Shown here: positions 1-8,875 of the stretch, one piece after another
Numbering within the stretch: position 1 is the stretch's first letter
Layout of the letters: every line of letters starts with the position of its first letter
Source of the DNA: a virus
Virus record (IMG/VR): IMGVR_UViG_3300033153_004214
Span: 1 to 64,000 of that record
Reading direction: 5' to 3' (one strand)
Length of the DNA stretch: 64,000 nucleotides
Program-made: the position numbers and the translations under genes
Notes under the pieces: generated by a model
What the model saw: the letters and a program-made list of their open reading frames with translations, nothing else
Told to the model about the DNA's origin: nothing
Database searches by the model: none

Positions 1-945
1 TCGCTGTCGGACGCCACGTTCGCCACGCGGGAGGACTACCGCCTCGTGTTCGAGGCCAACTCCGGCGACACGCCCATCGTCCAGAATTCCGGCGCGAGCA
101 ACACATGGGCGCACGCTGCGTATGACACCTACTTCGTCTACAAGGGCCTCCACTTCAAGAACGACCAGAGCAACAAGTATAGCTTCTATGGCTACCGGAC
201 CTCGCGGCTCAACTTCGAGGACTGCATCTTCGAGGACACCTACGGCTCGGCCAACGGCTACAACGCGATCTTCCGGAGCGCCTACGGCGACATGATCGGC
301 TGCCGCTTCGTGAACGGCTACGTGCACACCGGCGGCGGATTGTGTCGCGAATGCACGTTCGAGGACGTGGATGATATTTCTCACTGGGGCAGCGAGACGC
401 GGCTGGAAGACTGCTGGCTCAGGTTCGCCTCCACGGGCCGTATCTATTGTAGTAGCTCCGTCGCCTCGATTAACCTCATCAACTGCACTCTCTACGGCGA
501 CGGCTCATCCACGGCCTTCGACGCGGCGACCTATGGGGGCCGGATTCACGCGCGGAATTGCATCTTCGAGAACTGGGGCAAGGTTTTCGGCCTGAAGGCG
601 GGCGCGGCGGCGGACTCCGATTTCAACTGCTTCCACGATGTGACAACGATAGGGACGTACGACGGGACGGACTACACCAGCCTCGCCAACTGGCAGGCGG
701 CGGATATCCCCGTGGACTTCCTTGGAAACACAGCGAATCCTGATACCAACTCCATCGACGATGATCCGCTCCTCACCGACCCCGCCAGCGGCGACTTCTC
801 GCTCGGCACAGGTTCGCCCTGCATCCACGCAGGAGCGGGGGCAGGAGTTCAAACGGGGATTAACGGTGAGAGGTTTGATCCATTCCACCCCGATCAGGGC
901 GTACGGGCGAGCGGCCTTGGGCCGAATATAGCCGTGGGAACATGA
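1..945 (+). CDS. Right-handed parallel beta-helix repeat protein, C-terminal part (5' end lies outside the window); probable tail fibre or depolymerase
   Basis: Frame 1 is open from nt 1 with no stop before the listed GTG at 46. Repeated beta-helix rung motifs are present (NCTLYG, RNCIFEN, FNCFHD), as is the typical C-terminal DPLLTDPASGDFSLGTGSPCIHAG motif. Stop TGA at 943-945. Confidence 0.6.
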   Translation, partial: SLSDATFATREDYRLVFEANSGDTPIVQNSGASNTWAHAAYDTYFVYKGLHFKNDQSNKYSFYGYRTSRLNFEDCIFEDTYGSANGYNAIFRSAYGDMIGCRFVNGYVHTGGGLCRECTFEDVDDISHWGSETRLEDCWLRFASTGRIYCSSSVASINLINCTLYGDGSSTAFDAATYGGRIHARNCIFENWGKVFGLKAGAAADSDFNCFHDVTTIGTYDGTDYTSLANWQAADIPVDFLGNTANPDTNSIDDDPLLTDPASGDFSLGTGSPCIHAGAGAGVQTGINGERFDPFHPDQGVRASGLGPNIAVGT

Positions 946-1107
946 TGTTTGTTCTACGTCGTCTGACGATGTTACAGAGTTGATTGACTGGACGCAATGG
1001 CGCTGGGAATACGAGATTACTGTTAAGTTGCTTGGTTTCGAAGAGGAGATCGGGTGCTTGACGCCATTCGTTTGGTCAATGGGGGATAGTCAGTACGGAG
1101 GACGAGA

Positions 1108-3570
1108 ATGCAGCCGTCAGAAACGTCCAAAGTCAGAGAAATGGTTTGGCCTTGGGTCAAGACTGGCGATGGTCTTGATGTAGGGTGCGGTCCTGATAAG
1201 GTACATCCGGAGTGTGTCGGTATTGATGTCGGGACTTTCCCGGGCGTCACCACGGGAACGGCAGAGAAGTTGCCGTTCGATGAGGACTCGTTCGACTGGG
1301 TGTATTCGGCACACTGCCTTGAGCACCTTGACCACCCCGATACCGCCATTGCTGAGATGGTCCGAGTCCTCAAGCCAGACGGCACCCTTGTCATGTACAT
1401 GCCGTATCGGGATTGGTACGATAAGCCATTGGGTTTTCCAACTTATCACCAGCATACCTTCCGGCCATCAGACATTTTGGGGATGGTCAAGAAGCATTGG
1501 CCCGACATGTGGATCGTGACCGAGGAGCTACGGGGTGGTCCACGACAAAACGACGAGCAGGAGTACAGCTTCCTCCTGATCCTGAAGCGCAAGGAGCCGA
1601 AGAACCCGAAGAAGTTCTACGTCAGCAACTGGCCCAACATCGGGGACACCGCCTCACTGGATGCACTCCTGCATGCACTGATGGCCAAGTATCCTTCCTG
1701 CGAGATTCATCTGGCATACGATAACGCCAAGCTCTTCGATTTGCCGGGCGTCACGGTGACACCAGACATAGGGGGCGTATGCTGGGATGGTATCCTACAC
1801 ACGTTGGCCATTGGGCAGTATCACAACTACCTACGCCGCGAGAAGCACTTCTACACCTTCCCGATCTGGGTGGCCATCGACAAGGGATGGCTGACTGAGG
1901 ATGACATTCCTGAGGACCCAAGACCGGAGCCGCTGGTCTTCACGGAGGAAGAGAAGACGTGGGCGACGAAGCATCAACCCAAGGGACAGTTCGTCGCTCT
2001 GATTCCGTTCGCCGGTCATTATCCTCGTGACTGGTACCCGGAGCGGTGGCAACGAGTAGTCGAATGGTTGACCTCTCGGAATTTCGAGGTTGTCTCCCTT
2101 GGGGTGAAGTCGATTGGCTTCAAGATGAAGGGCTTCACTGATTTGGCAGGCAAGTCTACCGTTCGGCAGGCTGCTTGTCTGGCATCGAAGGCCGCCTGCG
2201 CCGTTGGTGTTGATACTGGGATGTTCCATCTGCTACCGCAGCTTGGCTTGCCGTGCTTAGTTCTCTCTGGCCCGTCGCGGTTTGATACGACTTTCTCCAA
2301 GCCTGCTCGGCCTCTCTATCGCAATGACGCTGGCTGCCAGCAGTGCTACAACGCGGTCTCGAAGGACTGGTTCTCCGAGGGTGAAGAGTATCCTATCCAT
2401 GCGAACTGCGATTGCAGGAAGACAGCCTGTATGGAGGCTATTTCAGTTGGTCGAGTTATCGACAAGCTGGCGGAGATGTTGGACATCGATACCGGGAACA
2501 AGGGGTTGTTGTCAGTCTGCATGATTGTTCACAATGAGGAGAAGCAACTGGCTGATGCTATTGGGTCAGTCCATGAGTACGCTGACGAGATTATTGTTGC
2601 GGACACGGGTTCGACTGACAAGACGAAGGAGATCGCTGTAAGCTTCGAGAAGGTCAAACTGTTCGACTTCGACGCAGGTACTCCGATCAGGAGCTTCTCC
2701 GAGGCCCGGAATTTCTCTTTCTCGAAGGCCACTAGTAAGTATGTCATGTGGCTTGATGCCAGCAACGTTGTGTCTGACCTGAGCGTTGTGACGAAAGCAC
2801 TGGTTGATGGGAATTATGATCTCATCCGCCTCTTCACCAAGAGTGGCGGTGATACATACCGGCGTGATCGTGTTTGCCTCCGGGTTTTCGCCAAGTTTGT
2901 TGACCGGGTGCATGAGACAATGCAAGGTGACGGCCTACGAGCAACCGAACTCGATTGCGTCATCACGCGAACATGGCAGAAGAAAGTAGGTCGGGAGGAC
3001 TCTCTTGAGAGGAACGTTCGTCTGCTCAAGATGATGCTTGCAGAGAGTCCAACCAGTTCGAGACGATCTCGCTGGCTCTATTATCTGGCGCGAGAACTTC
3101 GAGACATGGGCAAGACCAACGAGGCTCTTGCTTACTATAGGAAGAGGGTCAACGCTGGGGGTTTCTGGGAGGAGCAGGCACAGGCTGCTCTTCAGATTGC
3201 TCACATCGAAAAGAATTCCGGCAATTTCCACCAAGGACTTCTGGCAGCGTATGATGCCTTGAAATACTGCGATGGATGGCGAGATGCCTACTATCTGATA
3301 GCGGACTGTTACTTTGGTCTTAAGGAGTACGAGAAGGCAATCCCATGGTTGATACACACCATGTCGATCCCAAAACCACAGACCATCCTGTGGAAGTGGG
3401 AAGCGGTATATCAGTATCTTCCTCAGTTGTTGATGTCTATGTGCTACGACGCGATGGGGAATCACGCCGAGGCGCTAGGCTGGGCAAAATCTGAGTTGAA
3501 GGATGCGCCGCCAGATCAGCATCCACGTATCGTTGCTCGGATTCAACAGCTTGAACAGAAGGTGAGGTAA
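1108..3570 (+). CDS. Four-domain fusion: class I SAM methyltransferase + GT9 (heptosyltransferase-like) + GT2 + TPR
   Basis: SD ggaggacgag lies upstream of the ATG. Residues ~1-165 carry LDVGCGPDK, FDWVYSAHCLEHL and VLKPDGTLV. Residues ~175-460 carry ALIPFAGHYPRDW and VGVDTGMFHLLPQLGLPCLVLSGPS plus the Cys cluster CQQCY..CDCRKTAC. Residues ~468-620 carry SVCMIVHNEEKQL..EIIVADTGSTDKTKEIA. Residues ~650-820 form TPR-like helices (WLYYLARELRDMGKTNEALAYYRKRV). Confidence 0.75.
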   Translation: MQPSETSKVREMVWPWVKTGDGLDVGCGPDKVHPECVGIDVGTFPGVTTGTAEKLPFDEDSFDWVYSAHCLEHLDHPDTAIAEMVRVLKPDGTLVMYMPYRDWYDKPLGFPTYHQHTFRPSDILGMVKKHWPDMWIVTEELRGGPRQNDEQEYSFLLILKRKEPKNPKKFYVSNWPNIGDTASLDALLHALMAKYPSCEIHLAYDNAKLFDLPGVTVTPDIGGVCWDGILHTLAIGQYHNYLRREKHFYTFPIWVAIDKGWLTEDDIPEDPRPEPLVFTEEEKTWATKHQPKGQFVALIPFAGHYPRDWYPERWQRVVEWLTSRNFEVVSLGVKSIGFKMKGFTDLAGKSTVRQAACLASKAACAVGVDTGMFHLLPQLGLPCLVLSGPSRFDTTFSKPARPLYRNDAGCQQCYNAVSKDWFSEGEEYPIHANCDCRKTACMEAISVGRVIDKLAEMLDIDTGNKGLLSVCMIVHNEEKQLADAIGSVHEYADEIIVADTGSTDKTKEIAVSFEKVKLFDFDAGTPIRSFSEARNFSFSKATSKYVMWLDASNVVSDLSVVTKALVDGNYDLIRLFTKSGGDTYRRDRVCLRVFAKFVDRVHETMQGDGLRATELDCVITRTWQKKVGREDSLERNVRLLKMMLAESPTSSRRSRWLYYLARELRDMGKTNEALAYYRKRVNAGGFWEEQAQAALQIAHIEKNSGNFHQGLLAAYDALKYCDGWRDAYYLIADCYFGLKEYEKAIPWLIHTMSIPKPQTILWKWEAVYQYLPQLLMSMCYDAMGNHAEALGWAKSELKDAPPDQHPRIVARIQQLEQKVR

Positions 3571-3573
3571 ACC

Positions 3574-4560
3574 ATGGCGTTTGATCCATATATCCCTCGT
3601 GAGAAGACGCCCACGTCCTCGGAAGAGATCAGGAACAATTTCCTTGGCCTTGCGATACACCACCGTGGGGTCGCCGCTCCTGCGAATCCTCAGATTGGAT
3701 ATATCTGGCTAGATGTGGCTGAGGATGAGAACTGGAAGCTGCGTCAGTACACGAAGAATCAATCACAACCGGCAGTCTGGGTCACCCTGTTTGAGCACGT
3801 TGAGAGTACGCCGAGTGCTCCGGGTGGTGGCGGCGCTATAGGAGCTACTGGTGACACTGGTGCGACGGGACCCACTGGACCAGCAGGGGGTGGTGGCGGA
3901 GGCGGAACAGGCATTGAAGACACCACGTGGGATCAGGTTTATGAGTTTGATCAGGACCCAGGGCTAGTTCGGTTCAACGAGGTACCTTGTACCCTCACAA
4001 CTCCTGTTGGACAGGGTTGCATCATTTTGGGCATTAAGTTTGTGGCGGCTGGCATCATCGAGGATGGTCCATACATCAGGAGTGACCCGTTGAACATGGT
4101 CGCTTCTACTGGTTTTGATACAAACTCCCAAGGTAATCGAACAGTGGACATCTTTTGGAATGATGAGAATGTTCCTGTGCGGCCCAGCACTGGCATCTGC
4201 CAGATTGAGTGGACTTGGAATGGTATCAAGTTTACAGTCAATCTGACTGTCTCAAAACTGGCAAGTTTTGTAATCACGAGTATCAATCCTTCGAGTGGTG
4301 AAATTGACACGGACCTTCAGGTGTACGGTGGTCCCTTTGATATAGAGGAACCCGGAAGGTACAAGGTGCGTTTCTACGAAACAGGCAGCGAAGAGCCTGC
4401 TGATTCAGTATTTGCGTGGAATGTTGATCCAGAAGGTGCCTTCATTCAGTGTCTGGTTCCGGGATTGCCAGTGGGTGGTGTGTATGATATTGACGTTGTG
4501 GACGACTTGACTGCCGTTGTTTCAAACAAGCTAGTGGGCGCGTTCACCTACGAAGAGTAG
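3574..4560 (+). CDS. Fibre-like protein with a Gly-rich/collagen-like stretch and a C-terminal IPT/TIG-like domain
   Basis: Contains GGGGAIGATGDTGATGPTGPAGGGGGGGTG. The C-terminal ITSINPSSGEIDTDLQVYGGPF...VGAFTYEE resembles an IPT/TIG beta-sandwich. The ATG lies 4 nt after the upstream stop. Confidence 0.5.
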   Translation: MAFDPYIPREKTPTSSEEIRNNFLGLAIHHRGVAAPANPQIGYIWLDVAEDENWKLRQYTKNQSQPAVWVTLFEHVESTPSAPGGGGAIGATGDTGATGPTGPAGGGGGGGTGIEDTTWDQVYEFDQDPGLVRFNEVPCTLTTPVGQGCIILGIKFVAAGIIEDGPYIRSDPLNMVASTGFDTNSQGNRTVDIFWNDENVPVRPSTGICQIEWTWNGIKFTVNLTVSKLASFVITSINPSSGEIDTDLQVYGGPFDIEEPGRYKVRFYETGSEEPADSVFAWNVDPEGAFIQCLVPGLPVGGVYDIDVVDDLTAVVSNKLVGAFTYEE

Positions 4561-4713
4561 GGACTTGGTGATTAAAAAGAGGCTTGCGGACGTATATTCT
4601 TGTAGCAGCACAAGGGGGACGGCATGGTTGGTTGCATGGGGATAGGCCGGTAATGGACCGGCGGCTCCATAGTGGGAGCTTACCCTGCAGCCCCTGTCGA
4701 AGGGAGTAGTAGC

Positions 4714-6225
4714 ATGTGTGCAGTGGCAATTTCGCCGGGGGTCTATTCACGTGAACTCGATTTTTCAGTTTACGCCCCGAGGCTGGCGTCAACGATCTTC
4801 GGGATCGTGACAACGGCTTCTAAGGGTCCGTTAAATGAGTTAACGCTCATCACGGACGAGGCGCAGTTGGTGGATACGTTTGGGCCACCAGCCTCTGAGC
4901 ACTATGGTATGTACGCCGCGATCCAGTACCTGCGGGCTGGCCGCATCTTGCTCGTGGTTCGGGTTGCGACCTACGACCAGACGGCACAGGGTTTCTTGAG
5001 GAACGGTGCCAACACTCAGAACGCGGCTCAGATCGATCCCACAAGCTCCGGCACGTGGGGCAACGATCTCACGGTCGTGGTCAGCAGCACTCTGGGTACC
5101 GGTTACCGGTTGAGCGTTCAGTTCCGTGGTGTTCAGGTCGAGGTCTACGATGGCGTTGTCATCGGGGCTGCGAACGCGAACAGCCAGAACTACATCGAGA
5201 CGCTCATCAATGGGCAGTCGCAGTACATCACCGTGACGGACTTGAACGGTGCTGACACGACGCTCAAGACTGGCACCTTCACCCTCTCGGGTGGCGACGA
5301 CGGCGCCCCTGCCGATGACAGCGATGTTGTCGGGACACAGATTGGGAACACCCGCACGGGTCTTCAGTTGTTTGAGGACCCTGAGTCTGTGGACGTGAAC
5401 CTGATCGCGGTGCCCGGTCGCTGGGAGCGGACGATTGTCACATCGATTATCACGCTCGTTGAGCAGCGGCAGGATTGCCTTGGTATCATCGACCCGCCTT
5501 ACGGCCTGAGTGTTCAGCAGGTCGTGGATTGGCACAACGGCGAGTTGGCTGGTGATCCAGACTATCTCACTGTCGCTCTGAACACGAGCTACGCGGCTCT
5601 GTACTACCCGTGGCTCCAGTTCTACGACGGTTACTCGGATGCGGAGGTTTGGGTTCCGCCGTCAGGTGTCGCGGCGAGAATCATGGCGTACAACGACTCG
5701 GTCGCGGACCCGTGGTGGGCACCCGCTGGTCTCCGCCGTGGTCGTGTGGCCGATGCGCTCGACATTGAGTACTCTCCGACGTTGGGTGAGCGTGACTACA
5801 TGTATGGGCGTGCCGGGCAGAACGTCAACCCGTTCGTCAACTTCACAGTTGACGGCATCACCCTGTGGGGTCAGAAGACGCTTCAGCGCGTCCCGACCTC
5901 GCTGGATAGGGTGAACGTCCGCAGGATGTTGCTGTATGCCCGCAAGGTTGTGGCAACAGCCTGTCGCTACCTCGTCTTTGAGCCGAATGACGAGACGTTG
6001 TGGCGGCAGTTCAGGAACTTGGTGGCCCCAATTCTGGCGTACATTCAGTCGCGGCGGGGAATCTTCGATTTCCGCGTGATCTGTGACACGACCACGAACC
6101 CGCCGTACAAGATTGACCAGTCGGTGATGACGGGCAAGTTGCTCATCAAGCCGACAAAGGCGGCAGAGATAATCGAAGTGGAATTTACCCTGTTGCCTAC
6201 AGGCGCATCGTTTTCTGAGTTCTAG
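4714..6225 (+). CDS. Contractile tail sheath protein
   Basis: Sheath-family motifs are present: N-terminal PGVYSRELD, LIAVPG, YAALYYPWLQ, PPSGVAARIMAYNDSVADPWWAPAG and NVNPFVNF..GITLWGQKTL. The start is moved from the listed GTG 4672 to ATG 4714 (SD agggag at 4701-4706). Confidence 0.9.
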   Translation: MCAVAISPGVYSRELDFSVYAPRLASTIFGIVTTASKGPLNELTLITDEAQLVDTFGPPASEHYGMYAAIQYLRAGRILLVVRVATYDQTAQGFLRNGANTQNAAQIDPTSSGTWGNDLTVVVSSTLGTGYRLSVQFRGVQVEVYDGVVIGAANANSQNYIETLINGQSQYITVTDLNGADTTLKTGTFTLSGGDDGAPADDSDVVGTQIGNTRTGLQLFEDPESVDVNLIAVPGRWERTIVTSIITLVEQRQDCLGIIDPPYGLSVQQVVDWHNGELAGDPDYLTVALNTSYAALYYPWLQFYDGYSDAEVWVPPSGVAARIMAYNDSVADPWWAPAGLRRGRVADALDIEYSPTLGERDYMYGRAGQNVNPFVNFTVDGITLWGQKTLQRVPTSLDRVNVRRMLLYARKVVATACRYLVFEPNDETLWRQFRNLVAPILAYIQSRRGIFDFRVICDTTTNPPYKIDQSVMTGKLLIKPTKAAEIIEVEFTLLPTGASFSEF

Positions 6226-6249
6226 GTATACACCTAGAAAGGGTTCGTA

Positions 6250-7218
6250 ATGAGGTTTCCGACGAAAGACACTGAGAGATGGCAGGAGATTCGGGTGTAT
6301 CTCTTGAGCCATTATACTTATGAGACACTGAAGCAGATGGGGGATCGTTTTGGTGTTTCAAAGGTCAGTGTTGGTAATTGGCTTCGCAAGTTGGGTCTGA
6401 AGAAGCCACATGTCAAGAAGGGAATCTCACCGGAACTTGCTGCTGACATCAAGAGGCTTTGGGATGCCGGGTTAAGCCGGGTCAAAGTGGCTCGAACGCT
6501 CGGCATCCCTGAGTTTCTCGTAAAGAAGTATGTTCGTTGGGTATTGGGGGGTGTTCGGCAGCACGAGTACTTCTTTCATCAACTTACACCAGCGAGTGTT
6601 TACGTACTTGGGTTCTTCTTTGCAGATGGTAACCTCTATCCTCGGGAGGGTCATAAGGATTTGGTTCGTTTCTACCAGATGGATGAAGCATATATACGCG
6701 AGCTTCAGGCCATCGTAGGTGGGGGTTTAGTAACGCAAAGTAGCCAGAGCGGGATATGGGAGCTTCGTATCTGCTCTGATGTGATGTCTGTCCGGTTGCA
6801 AGAGTTGGGTCTTTGCGCGAGGAAGAGCTACACTGATCTGCATGTGCCAGAGGAGATCACTGACGAAGTCTTCCCACACTTCCTTCGGGGCCTTGTGGAC
6901 GGAGATGGTTGCATTCGCTTTACTCACGGGTGCCCTACAGTGGTTCTTGTCGGTGGCAAGACTTTGTTGCGTGGGTGTGCTGATAGAGTACAACGTCTGG
7001 TAGGCCACAGAGGGAAGTTGTCGGTTTGTTGCAAGAAGGGACGGCTGGTATCTACTCCTGCTGGAGTCAGTGAGGCCACGATTGATACTTACTCATTGTA
7101 CTACGGTAGGCGATCTGGTGTTGAATGCGTACTGGATTGGCTGTATTCTGGAACAGGCCCTGCTCTGGTAAGAAAGAGGAAGATTGCCTTGAGGGTAGTT
7201 GGGGGCAGCGAGTTCTAG
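6250..7218 (+). CDS. Free-standing LAGLIDADG homing endonuclease with N-terminal HTH modules
   Basis: Two LAGLIDADG motifs (VYVLGFFFADGNLY and FLRGLVDGDGCI) follow two HTH-like segments (GVSKVSVGNWLRKLG, LSRVKVARTLGIP). The gene sits between the sheath and tube genes. Confidence 0.8.
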   Translation: MRFPTKDTERWQEIRVYLLSHYTYETLKQMGDRFGVSKVSVGNWLRKLGLKKPHVKKGISPELAADIKRLWDAGLSRVKVARTLGIPEFLVKKYVRWVLGGVRQHEYFFHQLTPASVYVLGFFFADGNLYPREGHKDLVRFYQMDEAYIRELQAIVGGGLVTQSSQSGIWELRICSDVMSVRLQELGLCARKSYTDLHVPEEITDEVFPHFLRGLVDGDGCIRFTHGCPTVVLVGGKTLLRGCADRVQRLVGHRGKLSVCCKKGRLVSTPAGVSEATIDTYSLYYGRRSGVECVLDWLYSGTGPALVRKRKIALRVVGGSEF

Positions 7219-7231
7219 TTCATCGAGCTTT

Positions 7232-7257
7232 GGGGTGCCCCATTATTGGGGCACCCC
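7232..7257 (+). other. Perfect 10-bp stem hairpin (GGGGTGCCCC-attatt-GGGGCACCCC) just after the homing endonuclease gene
   Basis: The inverted repeat was read directly from the sequence. No T-tract follows it, so a terminator function is uncertain. Confidence 0.5.
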
Positions 7258-7290
7258 TAACCGATGGGCGCTGAATGGAGGATTCATAAG

Positions 7291-7848
7291 ATGGCTGAGA
7301 GGAACCCGATTGTTGGTGCGCAGCACATTGCGCCCGGTGGTGAGGAAGGCGGCAAGAAGTATGAGCCGCTGCGCAAGAACCACTTCCGTCTGAATATCGC
7401 TGGTCTTCCCGGGTCGGCGGATTCGGACACGATTGGTCTGGCGCTCGTGTCGTTCCCGGTGCCAATAGTGGCCGTGGAACGAACGTCCATCGATTATGGC
7501 AACGAGCAGAGGCACGTTGCTGGTGGCGCAACCGTCGAGCAGGCCAACCTGACTGTCGTGGACTACATCGATCCCGACACGGCAGAGTACCTCTTCGAGT
7601 GGTTCAAGGAAGTCTACGATCCCAGCACGGGCAAGGTGGGTCTTGCTTCCAAGTACAAGAAGAACGGTTCGGTTGTCTTGTACGACCCTGAAGGTACTCA
7701 GGTCAGGGAATGGTCATTGTCGGGTATTTTCCCGACGAACTTCAATCAGGGCGAGTTCTCGATGAGCGCCCGGGGTGAAGTGCAGCAGATTCAGATGCAG
7801 TTGAGTGTTGACCTGATCCAGCTTGGGGGCGCGGGTTCTCAAGGGTAA
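7291..7848 (+). CDS. Tail tube protein (T4 gp19-like)
   Basis: Contains VSFPVPIVAVERTSIDYGNEQRHVAGG...VVLYDPEGTQVREWSLSGIFPTNFNQGEFSMS, which is typical of the myovirus tube family. ATG 7291 follows SD ggagga, and the gene lies downstream of the sheath gene. Confidence 0.8.
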   Translation: MAERNPIVGAQHIAPGGEEGGKKYEPLRKNHFRLNIAGLPGSADSDTIGLALVSFPVPIVAVERTSIDYGNEQRHVAGGATVEQANLTVVDYIDPDTAEYLFEWFKEVYDPSTGKVGLASKYKKNGSVVLYDPEGTQVREWSLSGIFPTNFNQGEFSMSARGEVQQIQMQLSVDLIQLGGAGSQG

Positions 7849-7872
7849 AGGTCATAGACATAGGGGGACGGC

Positions 7873-8682
7873 ATGAGTGACGGACTCAGTATTGAGCAGG
7901 GGATTGCGCACCTGCCATCCGGCGGCAAGTTGTACCTTACGGAAGAGGGTGAACCTATCTTCCCTGAGGGCATCGTTCGCATGAGGCCCATGACGACGCA
8001 AGAGGAACAGCTTCTCGCCTCGGTCAAGACTCGGGCCAGTCGAGATCAGGTGATGTTCTCCTTGGTCGGCAAGTGTATCGTCGATGAAGACGCGGCCAAG
8101 ATGCCCATCGACGACTATCTTGTTGGTGATGTCCTCTACATGCTCATGGTCCTGCGGGCAGTAACGTGGGGGCCGGAGTATATGTTTGAGGTGAAGTGCG
8201 GTGAGTGTGAGAAGAAGTTCATGGTTGAGATCAAGACTCCCGAGGACCTCCGTGTCTTTGCTTTTGGGAGGGACGAGGAAGTCAGTGAGGCCATCAAGGT
8301 TGATCCTCTTCCTATCTCCAAGGCGAAGCTCACCGTTCGTCTTCTCAAGGTCTCTGATGAGAAGGCGATTGCAGAATACGCTCGTAAGAGGGGGAAGGAC
8401 CAGATTCAGGTTGCGCCTTACCGTTTTGGTCGGCACATCCTCACATGGGACGGTAAGGACATGACCCCTGATGAAGCATCGAAGAAGTATCTCAAGCTGC
8501 ACGCGCGGGATGCCGAAGCTCTGCGGAATGCTATTTCTGACGCAGACTGCGGTATTGATTTGGCTCTATCAGAAGAATGCGCCTTTTGTGGATCGGAGAA
8601 CGATGTGGACTTCGAGTTCACATCGGACTTTTTTTCTTCAAAGTCTTCCGCACTACGAAGACGGCGCAGAGCCGCTCGCTGA
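7873..8682 (+). CDS. Tail assembly chaperone-like protein with a zinc ribbon (assignment based on position)
   Basis: It lies between the tube and tape-measure genes. CGECEKKF ... CAFCGSEND form a C4 ribbon. SD is gggggacggc-ATG. The 3' end contains a T7 slippery run. Confidence 0.5.
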   Translation: MSDGLSIEQGIAHLPSGGKLYLTEEGEPIFPEGIVRMRPMTTQEEQLLASVKTRASRDQVMFSLVGKCIVDEDAAKMPIDDYLVGDVLYMLMVLRAVTWGPEYMFEVKCGECEKKFMVEIKTPEDLRVFAFGRDEEVSEAIKVDPLPISKAKLTVRLLKVSDEKAIAEYARKRGKDQIQVAPYRFGRHILTWDGKDMTPDEASKKYLKLHARDAEALRNAISDADCGIDLALSEECAFCGSENDVDFEFTSDFFSSKSSALRRRRRAAR

Positions 8683-8872
8683 TCAGGTGTGGCTGCTTCG
8701 TAAGGCTGGTGTCTCGATAGGGGATTCGATGCGCTTGAGTCCTCGCATTCGACGGCTGCTGGTCGAGGAGGTAGGAAGGCAGTTGAACGACGAAGGTAGA
8801 CGGACTCCTGATGTCTCCGGCCTGTTGAAGCAGCATGGTGCTGTTGGTACAGCAAGGATAACGCAGGGATAA
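8629..8872 (+). other. Candidate programmed frameshift: T7 run (8629-8635) plus a +1-frame extension ending 4 nt before the tape-measure start
   Basis: The zero frame reads GAC TTT TTT TCT (..DFFSS..) and stops at 8682. The +1 frame reads TTT TTT CTT.. (FFLQSLPHYEDGAEPLADQVWLLRKAGVSIGD...ITQG) and stays open to TAA 8870-8872. The arrangement matches the G/GT-type chaperone pair upstream of tape-measure genes. Confidence 0.45.
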
Positions 8873-8875
8873 GCG

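Noticed and set aside
1058-1092. TTGACG hexamer upstream of the 1108 gene as a seventh promoter.
   Set aside because: No acceptable -10 hexamer lies at 16-18 nt spacing; the candidates are 12 or 21-23 nt away.
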